From: Octopus sinensis
Lineage: Eukaryota
Assembly: GCF_006345805.1 (NCBI RefSeq)
Contig: NC_043008.1
Location: 36,952,001-37,016,000, forward strand
Length of the DNA: 64,000 bases
Direction: 5' to 3'
Positions 14,344 to 27,759 of this stretch are shown here, in pieces. The position numbers and the translations under genes were made by a program. Numbering within the stretch: the first letter of the stretch is position 1; every line of letters starts with the position of its first letter. The notes under the pieces are model-generated. The model saw only the letters and a list, made by a program, of their open reading frames with translations, was not told where the DNA came from and made no database searches.

Positions 14344-14516
14344 ACTTTCACCTATTAAATACACTCTCCCTTACTTAAATTATTTTGTCAGCATTTTCTT
14401 CATTTCCTTTTTTTATATATCACAACTCGTGTTCCACATCTCCCTTTTTTTAAATATATATTTATATATATATATATATATATAATATATATATATATTA
14501 TATATATATAATATAT

Positions 14517-14548
<32 letters not shown>

Positions 14549-14558
14549 CATATATATA

Positions 14559-15520
14559 TCAGCCCCCTCTTGTTCATCATAGTCCTTCAGGTAATAACAA
14601 AGGAATTTAAGACAGGCTGCCCCTGAGAGCTCCTCTATGCTGATGACCTTGCTCTAATAGCTGAATCACTACCTGAACTAGAGAAGAAGTTCCAGGTATG
14701 TAAGCAAGGTCTAGAATCGAAGGGCCTTGGAGTTGACCTAGCAAAAACCAAAGTCTTAGTAAGTAGGAAGGCTGACAAATCATAAATCCCTTCAGATAGA
14801 AAAGGTGTAGGTAGAAACTCCATAAGATGCACATGGTGTAAGCTATGGACACATAAGAGGTGCAGCAGTATCAGAGGAAGGTTAATGGAGAAAATAGCTT
14901 TTGTGTGTGGAAGATGAACAGGTACAATAAACATCACAAATGTGCAGAAAATAGACTCCATCAACTGCCAGGTGGGTAATCTAGATGTTGTAGATGGCTT
15001 CCATTATCCAGGTGACCATGTTAGTAGTGGAGGTGGATGCTCTGAGAGCATAGCTGTGAGAATAAAATTAGGATGGACAAAGTTCAGAGAGCTCCTATCC
15101 TTGCTTGCAACAAAGGGCCTTTTTCTCAGAGTGAAAGGCAGATTATTTGATGCCTGTATGCAAACAGCTATGCTGCATGGCAGTGAAACATGGGCTGTGA
15201 CAGCTGAGGACATGTGTAGGCTTGAAAGAAATGAAGCCAGTATGCTTTGCTTGATGTGCAATGTCAGTATGTATGTTTGACAGTGTAAGCATCTTGAGAG
15301 AAAAACCAGGCAACGACTAGTGACCGAGACCATTGGTGATGTGCTGTGCTTGAGAGGACCTGTCAGGCCAAGTACACCCATGTTGGTGGCATGTAAAGAA
15401 CAATTTTCGAGTGGTGGGCCTGACAGAGGCAAAGTGGCTGAGTTCCTCACAGAGGCAATGACCAAGACCTTTGGCATTATATTGTGCTTGAGAAGAAGAC
15501 CCATCAAGCTGAGCAAAATC
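14559..15520 (+). pseudogene. 5'-truncated RTE-clade LINE (RT C-terminal part with PHD-like finger)
   Basis: SPLLFIIV...ELLYADDLAL...CTWCKLWTHKRC...KGRLFDACMQTAMLHGSETW; stops and frameshifts. Confidence 0.85.
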
Positions 15521-15559
15521 GCAGTCATACCAGATACCGGTGTCAAGCAAATTGGTACC

Positions 15560-15795
15560 TGTGCTAGTGGCACATAAAAGTACCCCAGTAACACGCAAAT
15601 GGCACCCATGCCAGTGGCATGTAAAAGCACCCATTACACTCTCGAAGCAGTTGACATTAGGAAGGGCATCCAGCTGTGGAAGACTATGCCAAATCAGACT
15701 GGAGTCTGGTGCAAACTTCCAGCTTGCCAGCCCTGGCCAAACTGTCCAACCCATGCCAGCATGGACAACAGACATTAAATGATGATGATAATGAT
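15560..15795 (+). mobile_element. SINE family B / LINE-type 3' tail
   Basis: GGAAGGGCATCCAGCTG...CCATGCCAGCATGG...(GAT)n. Confidence 0.8.
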
Positions 15796-17364
15796 ATATG
15801 TATGCGTTTGTGTGTGGTGTGTGTGTGTTTGTGTGTGTGTGTGCGTTTGTGTGTGTGTGTGTGTGTAATTTTATAGCCTTTTAAGTAGATATCTTTTCTG
15901 AGTGTATTTTAGAATAAGTTTATGGTATTTCAATATGTAGAATTTCTCTGTTGAACTGAAGTCAGATGTTGAAGAGCTATTTCTAGGAGCACTGCTCTCT
16001 CTCTCTCTCTCTCTCTCTGAAATCGACAGCATTATATCAGTGTTTCATCTTTGCATTTTATTTCCAGACATACTTAGAGTAATCTGCTTGTTCCTTTGGA
16101 TTGACATCTTTAGAAGCTAAAAGGCTTCTGTAATTGGCTTTTGGATTCATCCTTAGTTGAAAATTAGATAGCTAGTCAGTGTCTTTTCTTCTATCATCAG
16201 GGTTATATTAACCCATATCTGTTTTTTTCTTTGCTCTTTTTCTTTTTGTTTTTCACCATCTTTGATCTTGGTGGAAAACCCTGTGGCATTTGACAGTTAT
16301 TTTCTGATCATTACAGAATTAGCACTAAACACATTGGTATCGTGTTACTTAATTATGGCTGGCTATATTAGGAATACTGGTTTAACTCTATTGACCTTTT
16401 TGAATAGCTACAGGAATGCATGCTTTTGTGAGAAATGTTCACCAATTAGCAAGATTCTGTGACTTCCCATGCAGTTCTTTACATTTTTATTAAAGAGTTG
16501 GTTAAACCAGATCATGCTCTGAATTCTGGTTTGCAGGTAGTTAGCTATTTGTTCTGCTGAGTGAATCTCTTAAGTTCTCTTTCTTTTCCTTTTACGTAAG
16601 TGCTTAGTTATAGCTGCCTCCGGTCCTTTATTGCATTCATCAAAATTTAGAAACTTGCACACACCTTGGGGCGTATTATGCCTCATGACTCTTTGTGGGT
16701 GGTTTTATTCTAAGCATTTATTCATAGATGGTCTGTTTGGTTATGGAAACATTCAGCACAGGGATGCTATCTCGTTAAATGTTTGTTTTGAAATCTAACT
16801 TGGAAACGATGCTTTCAGAGTCTGCTCTTTCAGTATTAATAATTAAATGCAATGAAACGTCATGTGATTTTTCGATGTAATTAAAAGATAAATAAATGAA
16901 ATAATATAAAATGTAAAAACAGATATATGTATAAAATGAAAAAAACAAAGTTATTTTACAATATGCAGTGGGAAGGAGAAAACTGATAACAACAACAAAC
17001 ATGTAGAAGCATTAGTGCAAATGTTGCTGTGTGTTTAAGACATTCATTTCATCACAACTACAAGCTTCAGGTTCAATCCTACAGCATGGCACCTAGGCAC
17101 ATACCTTTCATCATGACTTTGTGTTGGACAATATCTGTCAAGGGAATTTGGTATATGGAAACCAAATGGAAAGTTGGTTGCGCTACAGTTCCTGTTTTGG
17201 AATAGGAGGTTTTGTCTGTCATCCAGTTTAACAGCATCACTTGTCTCCTTTTTTGTGTCTTTGGTCTGGGTATAAACCTTGTGTTTCCATTCTGCCAGTC
17301 TCAAAGGTAAAGTGAGAAGGTCATGGGAGTTGCCTTTCCTCCTCTGATTAGGCGATCAGTTCTT

Positions 17365-17865
17365 TAAAAGAGACCGATAGAATAAGCACTGGGCTTACAA
17401 AGAATAAGTCCCGGGGTTGATTTGCTCGACTAAAGGTGGTGCTCCAGCATGGCTGCAGTCAAATGACTGAAACAAGTAAAAGAGTAAAAGAGTAAAGAGT
17501 ATTGATATACACTAATATGTATAGGCGTAGGAGTGGCTGTGTGTTAAGTAGCTTGCTTATGAACCATATGGTTTTGGTTTCAGTCTGACTGCGTGGCACC
17601 TTGGGCAAGTGTCTTCTACTATAGCCTCGGGCCAACCAAAGCCTTGTGAGTGGATTTGGTAGATGGAAACTGAAAGAAGCCCATCGTATATATGTATATA
17701 TATGTGTGTATGTGTGTCTGTGTTTGCGTCCCCTTTTAGCAAAAGAGACTGATAGAATAAGTACTAGTCTTATAAAGAATAAGTCCTAGGGTTGATTTGA
17801 TCGACTAAAGGTGGTGCTCTAGCATGGCCACAGTCAAAATGACTGAAACAAATAAAAGAGAGAGA
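17365..17865 (+). mobile_element. SINE family A: 3' fragment plus internally deleted copy
   Basis: Tail ending (AAAGAGT)n at ~17500; head GGCGTAGGAGTGGCTGTG at 17524. Confidence 0.85.
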
Positions 17866-18313
17866 GAGAGAATTGATATCAAAGAAAGAAAAGTAGAAAG
17901 GAATATAGCATTAACAATAACAACAACATGCCATAATTTGTTGGTGTGGCACAAAGTGAAAAAAGAAGGAACAAAAAAAGAAAGCTTACCAGTTCAGTAA
18001 GTAACAAACTTCTGAAGCCCTCAATGGAAATAATAAACCATAAAATGGAAAACTCACATGTATTCCGTTTGATATTTTATACAAGGATTTAAAATTTTAT
18101 GTCCTTAAAATATGGAAGGCCTTTATACATTACCTGTGTTAGCAAAACAAGCAGTCAACTAATTGTGAAATGGTTTGTCAAGAAACTCTCTTCCTTTCTT
18201 CTTCACCTTAATTCTTTTGATATCAACCTGTCTTTTGAGACTGCTCCAGGTTTATATGCTACAAACTTCCTGTTTTAAGTAATTTAAATTGTAACCTTTA
18301 ATTCACCACATCA

Positions 18314-18710
18314 TACTCTTTTGCTCTTTTACTTGTTTCAGTCATTTGACTATGGCCATGCTGGAGCACCGCCTTTTAGTTGAGCAAATGGACCCCATGA
18401 CTTATTCTTTGTAAGCCTAGTACTTATTCTATCGGTCTCTTTCACTGAACCGCTAAGTTACGGAGACATAAACACACCAGCATCGGTTGTCAAGCGATGT
18501 TGCGGGGACAAACACAGACACACAAACATATACACACACATATATATATATACGACAGGCTTCTTTCAGTTTCTGTCTACCAAATCCACTCACAAGGCTT
18601 TGGTTGGCCCGAAGCTATAGTAGAAGACTTGCCGAAGGTGCCACGCAGTGGGACTGAACCTGGAACCATGTGGTTCGTAAGCAAGCTACTTACCACACAG
18701 CCACTACGCC
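18314..18710 (-). mobile_element. SINE family A
   Basis: Full-length reverse copy. Confidence 0.9.
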
Positions 18711-18751
18711 TGCAATTTTAGTGTTTTTTTTTTTAAATTCCTTCCTGATCC

Positions 18752-19128
18752 CAAACATGGTTCTGGGTTCAGTCCCACTGCGTGGCATCTTGGGCAAGTG
18801 TCTTCTGCTATAGCCCCGGGCCGACCAATGCCTTGTGAGTGGATTTGGTAGACGGAAACTGAAAGAAGCCTGTCGTATATATGTATATATATATAAGTGT
18901 GTGTGTATATGTTTGTGTGTCTGTGTTTGTCCCCCTAGCATTGCTTGACAACCGATGCTGGTGTGTTTACGTCCCCGTCACTTAGCGGTTCGGCAAAAGA
19001 GACCGATAGAATAAGTACTGGGCTTACAAAGAATAAGTCCCGGGGTCGATTTGCTCGACTAAAGGTGGTGCTCCAGCATGGCCGCAGTCAAATGACTGAA
19101 ACAAGTAAAAGAGTAAAGAGTAAAGAGT
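18752..19128 (+). mobile_element. SINE family A, slightly 5'-truncated
   Basis: Forward copy, head-to-head with the previous one. Confidence 0.9.
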
Positions 19129-21210
19129 ATGCTTTGAGACTGACAAAAGAGCATCATTTGTCTTACCATTGCATGAAGCTATCTTACCAAAGTGACTCAA
19201 GGGTTGAGAGTTTTGTACATTGGCTCTTATCATTGACATGGAACTCTCAGCCCTTGATTCATTCTGGGACTTCTGTTGATTATTAATAAAAGCATATACA
19301 AATATATACATGAACGGCTTGTTTCAGTCTCTCTCTACCAATTCCACTCAAGTGGCTTTGCTTAACTCACAGCTCACATTCGCCTAAAGTGTCACGCAAT
19401 GGGTCTGAACCCAAAACCATATGGCTGGGAAACAGAATTCTTAGCCTAACCCTTCCTACACTCACACACACAGAGTCTGATATTTGTATGTGTATTATTG
19501 GAACCTATTGTGAAATATTGGTCACAGTGGCAGTAGTATCAGTGTCAGTGGTAAGAACAACTACAACAACACTAACAACAATGCTGGGTACTATTTCAGA
19601 TGTGTACCTCCTCCTCTCATTCTCATCCCCTCTCTGGCTCTATGTCTATTACTCTCTCTCTCTCTCTCTCTGTCTCTGTCTCTCTCTCTCTCTCATCACA
19701 TATAAATGTATATATGGAATTATGGATGTGCATATGAGCATGTGTATGTGTGTGTGTCTGTGTATTTGTAAGTTGAGAGATAAGCACAGATAAATCTATA
19801 TGTACATTGTGGATACTGTGTGTGTGTGTATTTGTGTAGATTTGTGTACATATGTATGTATGTATATATGTATGTATTAATGTATTATATATGTGTGTGC
19901 ATGTGCATATATTAGAGTAATAATGCTATTTTCAGTTAACTCTATCTTTGCCCTTCCTATATTCATACATATTCATATAGTTGCATATTTCTGTTCATTT
20001 ATTTGCATACACTTACTTAAATGCATAATGAATAATATTAAATAATATACATTCATGTTTACAATTCTATGAGTGTATCCACCCAGCCCCCACACACATG
20101 CACTAACACTCAAACACACAACCCCACATATGCACTTTATGTTTGTACATATTATGCACGTACGGAAGTATATGTGTTTCTATTATAAGAATGGTCATTT
20201 CCTCATAGCAGAAAATACAAAGTCAAATACACAAGAATTTTATTCAATAAACAATGACGAAAGGTTGGTGCAAACTAATTGTGGTCATGTAGTTTCAGAT
20301 ATCTTGTTATTCATCAGTCATTGTTACATTTTACAATATCTCTTTCTATTCCCTTATTAACCCTTTTCCTTCAACATGGCATTGTTTCAGTCAGCATCCA
20401 CATCTTTTCCTTTGTTTCCATGAGTTCTTATAAGGGAGAAATACTATATTGAATATTTCCTTTTCAATTGTTTTTCCTGCAGTTTGTAATCTTGATCCAA
20501 CAACAAATCCATTATATTTTGGCGATGACTTCTGATACAAAGGAAGTAGTGTCTCCAAAGTGGCGCAGTTTCTGTTTAAGTGTAACATGGAATAATTGCC
20601 TAGATCTCATGTTAGATTATGGTTAAATGTTTCTTTTCCTTGTTGGACCTCAGTGAATACATCTATATGCATTTATCTATTATTATATATATATAAAAGA
20701 CAAATGTCTCTCTATTATCCATCCCGCTTTTCATAATAGAATACCATTTCCCACCATTGTGAATGAAAAGCGGCATGCTGTTTTACAAAATATTTCAACT
20801 ATAGTAATTGTGCTTTTAATGTTTTTTTTACCATCTTAGTCTTGTTAGTCACTCTATTATATCTTTCTGTTATATCTATTCATTAAATAATATTCACACC
20901 CACCCACACACAAACACCACCACACACACACATGTGCGTACACATACATATTTGTAAGACCCTTCAAAACTTTGTCGTAACTTGTCTTTTATTTTCCATG
21001 TTTGTCTCCCAACTCAAGCAAGTTCTGTTTTGTTTGCCATATATTTATATATATATAAATATATGGAGACATTATACAAAGATCATCATCATCATCATCG
21101 TCATCTTTGTTTGACATCTGCCTTCCATGCTGGCATAGGTGGGACATATATATGTGTGTGCGTGTATATATATATATATGTGCGTATGTATGTATGTGTG
21201 TGTGTGTATA

Positions 21211-21248
<38 letters not shown>

Positions 21249-21361
21249 GGGGAGGGTCATTTTCTTTTGTGCCTTATAATTTAACAAACACACTCACTGG
21301 TAAAATTTCTATTTTCTATTTTCTTCATAAAGAATCTTGCAAACCAAATCCAAAACCAATA

Positions 21362-21393
<32 letters not shown>

Positions 21394-21415
21394 AAACTAT
21401 ATACATACATATATA

Positions 21416-21792
21416 GGCACAAGAGGGACTGTGTGTTAAGTGGCTTGCTTACCAACCACATGGTGCCGGGTTCAGTACCATTGCATGGCACTTTGAACAA
21501 ATGTCTTTCACTGTAGCCTTGGGCCAACCAAAGCCTTATGAGTGGATTTGGTTGACAGAAACTGAAAGAAAAAAAGCCCGTTGTACACATATGTGTGTGT
21601 GTGTCTGTGTTTGTCCACCATCATTGCTTGGCAACCAATGTTGGTGTGTTCACATCCCCGTAACTTAGCAGTTCAGCATAAGGGACTGATAGAAAAAGTA
21701 CTAGGCTTACAAAAAATAAGTCCTGGGATTGATTTGTTCGACTAAAGGTGGCAGTCCAGCATGGCACAGTGAAATGACTGAAACAAATAAAA
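21416..21792 (+). mobile_element. SINE family A, diverged
   Basis: Colinear with other copies. Confidence 0.85.
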
Positions 21793-21999
21793 ATATACAA
21801 ACACAGACACACATATATATATATATGAAGTTCAGTTCCTAACTACATGGATTTGGGTTCCATCTCATTGCAGGACACCCTAAGTAAGTATCTTCTATCA
21901 GTCCAGTTTAACTAGAGCCTTGTGGGTCTGTTTTGCAGAAGGAAACTGAAAGAAACCCACCTGATATACATAGTGGAGATGTAACTGATATGTAATAAT

Positions 22000-22440
22000 C
22001 TATATGCAGAAAATTCTGGAAGGGCTGTGCCTAATTTCAGCATCAAGTGCTATAGAAATGCCTGAACTGGATGCCATTGCGTTGTACCAATCTAAAGTCA
22101 GGACCAAGTACTGCAATAGCTCAGGGTTCAAAGGACCACTGCACTTCAATGCCCTGTCAAAAATATTAAGAAACCTAAACAATGTGGATGTGGATGTCTT
22201 AAGTAAAGAACTGGACATTCTCCTATGCATGATACTATAAAAACCAATGGCCCAGCATGTGGGCAGCAATATCAAACTCCCTCGCACATCAAATGGGCCA
22301 ATAACCAAGGGAAAAGTAGACATGATATGAAATCCCACCACCCTGAAGAAATCAGCTGAAGAAGTACGATATGTAAAAGTACACGATCACAGTTGTGCTC
22401 GAGCATGCTGCCACCACATGGCTGAAATGAATAACAGAAT
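22000..22440 (+). pseudogene. 3' end of a CR1/L2-group LINE
   Basis: QKILEGL...GFKGPLHFNALSKILRNL...KELDILL, then AAISNSLAHQ; resembles the GPxLFNxLP...FKxxLD...RAAxSNSL ORF2 C-terminus. Confidence 0.7.
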
Positions 22441-22471
22441 ATGTGTGTGTGTATCTTAATAGATGTATGTT

Positions 22472-22472
22472 T

Positions 22473-22514
<42 letters not shown>

Positions 22515-23188
22515 GTATGGGTGTATATATATATGCATGTATGTATATATGTGTATGCGTGTGTATGTGTGTGTGTGTATTGTTTACATCATAAGAATTC
22601 TGAAACTATGAGATATATAGAAATGATTGCTTTTAATGTTGAATGTACTAGCCATTATAACAAATCAAAACTTCACATTTTGTCCATCCATTTTAGAATC
22701 TTTGTTTTTACCAGCATTTCCATCCAACGGGATCTTTAACCCAATATTCTTTCATGTTGTTAGTTATAGCTTTTCCTCATATACACTCTACTGGTAAAAA
22801 CAATTTAGTATACACACAGGCACACACACACACCACACACACACACATATATATATATATATGTATGGGTGTATATATATATGCATGTATGTATATATGT
22901 GTATGCGTGTGTATGTGTGTGTGTGTATTGTTTACATCATAAGAATTCTGAAACTATGAGATATATAGAAATGATTGCTTTTAATGTTGAATGTACTAGC
23001 CATTATAACAAATCAAAACTTCACATTTTGTCCATCCATTTTAGAATCTTTGTTTTTACCAGCATTTCCATCCAACGGGATCTTTAACCCAATATTCTTT
23101 CATGTTGTTAGTTATAGCTTTTCCTCATATACACTCTACTGGTAAAAACAATTTAGTATACACACAGGCACACACACACACACACACA
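22472..23188. repeat. Near-perfect 348 bp tandem duplication
   Basis: Sequence at 22513 recurs at 22861; bounded by (CA)n. Confidence 0.92.
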
Positions 23189-23199
23189 TATGCATATAT

Positions 23200-23565
23200 T
23201 CAAGTGGGGTCGATGCCAGTGCCGGCTGACTGGTCCCATGCCGGTGGCACGTGAAAAGCACCATTCGAATGTGGTCATTGGCTGTGCCGCCTGACTGGCT
23301 CCCATGCTGGTGGCACGTAAATAGCACCATTCAAGCCTGGTTGATGCCAGTACTGCCTGACTGGCCCTCATGCCCATAGCACATAAAAAGCACCCACTAC
23401 ACTCTCAGAGTGGTTGGCGTTAGGAAGTGCATCCAGCTGTAGAAACTTTGCCAGATTGGATTGGAGGCTGGTGCAGCCTTCTTGCTTGCCAGCCCGCAGT
23501 CAAACCATCCAACCCATGCCAGCATGAAAAGCGGACGTTATACGATGATGATGTTGATGACAATG
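23200..23565 (+). mobile_element. SINE family B with internal ~60 bp tandem subrepeats
   Basis: Repeated GCCTGACTGG...GGCACGTAAAAGCACC units; (GAT)n tail. Confidence 0.8.
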
Positions 23566-25185
23566 ATATATAAATATATATATGTACATATGTATGTATA
23601 TTAACATACACTCACATCAAGTCATACTCAAACCCTTTGCAAATAAACACACATCATCAGATAACGCATAAACCATTATTTTCCAAAAGAATCAAATTGA
23701 TGATCTTTTCTTTTTTTTTTCTTTTTATTACTTTCATTCATGGAAATGTGACCATCTTGGGTCATCACTTTTAATGGTTTCAGTCAATTAGATAAACTCC
23801 AGTACATTGTCTAATACTTATTTTATTGATTCCCTGAGCAAAACCAACTTGCATTTAATCCAAGATATTACTTACAGAACCAAATATGCAAACTATTTTT
23901 GTTGGATGTACAGTTTTTGTCATTCATTGATATGCAAATAATTGCATACAGACAGGCTTCTGAAAATTTTCTGTCTACCAAATTTGAAGCTCTGGTGGAT
24001 CCTAGACTTTTGTTGACTACAGTAGCAAACAGTTGTCCAAAGTGCTTTGTGGTGCTAACAAGCCTTAAAATTTGCAGTCATGAAGTCAGCTTCTTAAACA
24101 CTTTGCCATTCCTGGATGCTTTGTATTGAACCACTGTTAGTACTTCCACACCATACCTTCAATTACTTTACAGAAATTTCTTTTCTTTCTTTGGAGGCAG
24201 AGAAATTGATATCATCAGGTGATTTACAGATGTTATCTGTATTAGATGGTGTCCTATACAAGAGAGATAGGAATATTTAACTATCAACTAGGTCACTACC
24301 TCAGCATCAGCACAGAGAAAAGCACCCAGTACACTCTGTGAAATCGTTGGCACTAGAAAGGGCATCCAATTGTAGAAATCATGCTAAAATTGGCAACTGG
24401 AACCTGGGTGGCTCCCTAGCTGGCCAGCTCATGTCAAACTGTTCTACCGATACCAGCATGGAAAGCGGATGTTAAATAATGATATATGTGTATGTATGTA
24501 TACATACACACACGCACACACACACACATACACACACACACACACATACACACACATACATACATGCCACATGGATGTTTCACCCCCACCATGCATCTCT
24601 GCACACAAATCTTAATAACATCATTGTAATATGTATTGACCCCTTCATCCACTTTGTCTCTTTTACTTTTGCCTACATTTTTGATTTGATATTCTTTTCA
24701 GGAATAATTGTCCCCATCCAGCTCACAAGATTCAGTTTATGCTTCAATCCTGCTCATAAAGCCAACCGAGTTTGACTTACTGGTTTTAGATTGTTGAAAC
24801 AGAGAGTGTTTACACAGCTTCACAACAACAATAAGGTTTTATAGCAGCCATAAAGCTACAATTATATTTTATTGCTTTGGTGGGAGTGTATATATGATTG
24901 TATTAACCATAATGCTTGATTTGTCCTTTTATTTTGTGTATCAACTCATGAAGTATGAAAGGTAAATTTGGACTCACAAACTTAAAGAGCTTTTGTACTT
25001 AAAGAGATGTAATTAAATACATTAAACACAGCAAGGGTGTTTTGCCCGATGCATTGTAGATCCTGCCAATCCACAATTGTACAGTAACAATGATATTTCT
25101 TAGTAGAGAGTAGATACCAGACACGTTTAGTTGCGTATGTTTAACTTTTGTCATCATAATGATATCCCACAAACGTTTTTAAAAG

Positions 25186-25310
25186 ACTATACAGCAAGTA
25201 TCCTTCTGAAAAAGAAGCTGAGCATTTTATTGAACTGGAATTATTGGCAGAATGCCTTAGCAAGTTGTCTGCGAAGCTGGACTCTTGCCAAGGAATTCAT
25301 CAAGAGAAAC
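25186..25310 (+). CDS. Candidate isolated coding exon, product unknown
   Basis: Open frame LYSKYPSEKEAEHFIELELLAECLSKLSAKLDSCQGIHQEK ends at a consensus donor AC|GTAAGT (25311); acceptor weak. Confidence 0.3.
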
Positions 25311-25433
25311 GTAAGTGTTGGTGAGTGTGTGTTAGTATGTGCGAGGGAAGGCGCATGTTTGTGTGTGTGTATCTTTATATATATATATATATATATATAT
25401 ATCTATATATATATCTATATATATATATATATA

Positions 25434-25482
<49 letters not shown>

Positions 25483-26763
25483 TAGATATAGATAGATAGA
25501 TAAATAGATAGATAGATAGATATAGATATAGATAGATAGAGATATTTTTTTTCTGTAAAGTGTTCAGTGAGTATTTTGTGTTGTTTCTAAGGCTACACAT
25601 TTTTTGCGCTCTAACTAGTATTTATTGAAGCAAAAAGGGAAAAAAAAAAATTTGGTAATGCTAATCATAGGGATAATAATGATAATGATAATAATATTAT
25701 AATAATAATGATATTAACAACAATAATAAAAATGTTTTCTTCAATTACCCTGAGGACTTCAACAAGAACATTATAAAAAGTAATTTATATATACATTCAT
25801 ACACACACACGCGCACACACACACACATATACATACATACATACATGTGTATATATATATATATATAAACATACACACACATATATACATAAACATACAC
25901 ACACATATATACATATATATGAATGTATGAATACATGTGCAAATATACAAACGGATGTGTGTGTATATACATATATATGTTCATATACATATATATAAAG
26001 CAAAGTTATTTTAATCCACACATACACACACACACACACATATTTGATATATTTATAAGTGTCAGTTTTCATATGAGATTTGCTAACAGTTACTGTTATG
26101 TTTTGTTCACTTCCCTGATCTAAGAGGAAAAATATCAGCTAAGTGAGAATTCATTGCCTACGTCACTCATTACCTCACTCCTTAACTTAATTATTTAAAT
26201 TTTTGCTATTAGTTTATCAGATTCATTTCCCTTAGTTCATTTTATTATTTCATTATGCAAATCATACTGGCCAAAATTTTTCTCTCTTTATTTTCCTATA
26301 TTTTTAAAACTTGTTGTGGATAACCAAAGCATGCTTTCGCATTCTATATTATGTTAGCAAAGGTGCAATAAGAATGAAATATGTCCTTATTTGTCTCCCT
26401 TGATTGCAAACACCAATCTGATTTTCCACCTAAGCCATCATTACCATTGTTTTAATGTCCACTCTTCTTTACTTGCTTCATTTGGATGGAGTTTAGTGTG
26501 GCAAATTTTTTATGACTTGATGCTCTTTCTACCATCAACTTTCACCTGTTTCCAAGCAACGTAATGATTCCTCCAAAGCCAAACTACTGGAAAGGAACAA
26601 CACTGCTTGTAGGACAGTGACATTCATTTACAGCTATTATGCACTTTCAAGAGGAGGAGGGATAAACATACACACATACTTGCCCTCACACACACATATA
26701 GACATATGCTCACGTACATCTGTATATGCATAACTGTTATGTATATGTATATATATTATATAT

Positions 26764-27060
26764 ATACTAAGCAATAAAGGGTTTAGCAACGAATTGCCTT
26801 ACCACATACCGAATTTAGAAATAGCAGTCAAAGAGTTATAGCTATTTCTTCTACTAAAGTAGAAGAAATAGCTATAACTCTTTGACTGCTATTTCTAAAT
26901 TCGGTATGTGGTAAGGCAATTCGTTGCTAAACCCTTTATTGCTTAGTATTACTTAAATTTTCCTCGAATGAGGCTTTTACATGCCGAAGACTACTTGGTG
27001 TAATTGATAATTATTCCAAATTAATTAATTTCACCCTTCATTATTACGGATAACCTTATA
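26764..27060 (+). mobile_element. Fold-back element: perfect 92 bp palindrome plus degenerate hammerhead
   Basis: Arms 26764-26855/26858-26949; CTCGAATGA GGC...GCC GAAGAC at ~26963-26991; TA-flanked. Confidence 0.75.
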
Positions 27061-27221
27061 TATATATATATATATATATAATTATATAGGTATATATGTA
27101 TGTGTGTGTGTCTATATGCATATAACTGATATTCCATCATTTACAATGATGGAACAGCCTGCTTTTGAAATTAATGCTCAAGCGGCTAAGCACCTTACAA
27201 ACACATGTAACCTTTATGTAT

Positions 27222-27551
27222 GTATGTGGCTCTATGGTAATAAGCTTGCTTCCCAACCACATGGTTTCAGGTTCAGTCTCACTGTATGGCACCTTGTGCA
27301 AATGTCTTCTGCTAAAGTCACTGACCAACCAAAGCCTTGTGAGTGGATTTGGTTGACAGAAGCTGAAAGAAGCTCATCATATATGTGTGTGTGTGTGTGT
27401 GTATTTGTGCATCTGTGTTTGTCCCATCACCTTTCCTTGACAACCTATGTTGGTGTATTTACATCCCTGTAACTTAGCGGTTTGGCAAAAGAGACCGATT
27501 GAATAAGTATTGGGTTTACAAACAATGTTCTGTGGTTGATTTGTTTGACTA
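27222..27551 (+). mobile_element. SINE family A, diverged
   Basis: Colinear with other copies. Confidence 0.8.
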
Positions 27552-27728
27552 AACATTACAAACAGGGTAGATATATAGACAGAGAGGTTAATTTCATCAT
27601 TGAGAACATGGTAGTAGAAGGTACTTCTACATGGGCAGTGGCAAATGGAATAAGTATAAAAAGGAACATTGTCTATTTAATTAAAAAATTCTATATGTGG
27701 CTGAAGAGTGCTCTACATTTCAAAACAG

Positions 27729-27754
<26 letters not shown>

Positions 27755-27759
<5 letters not shown>

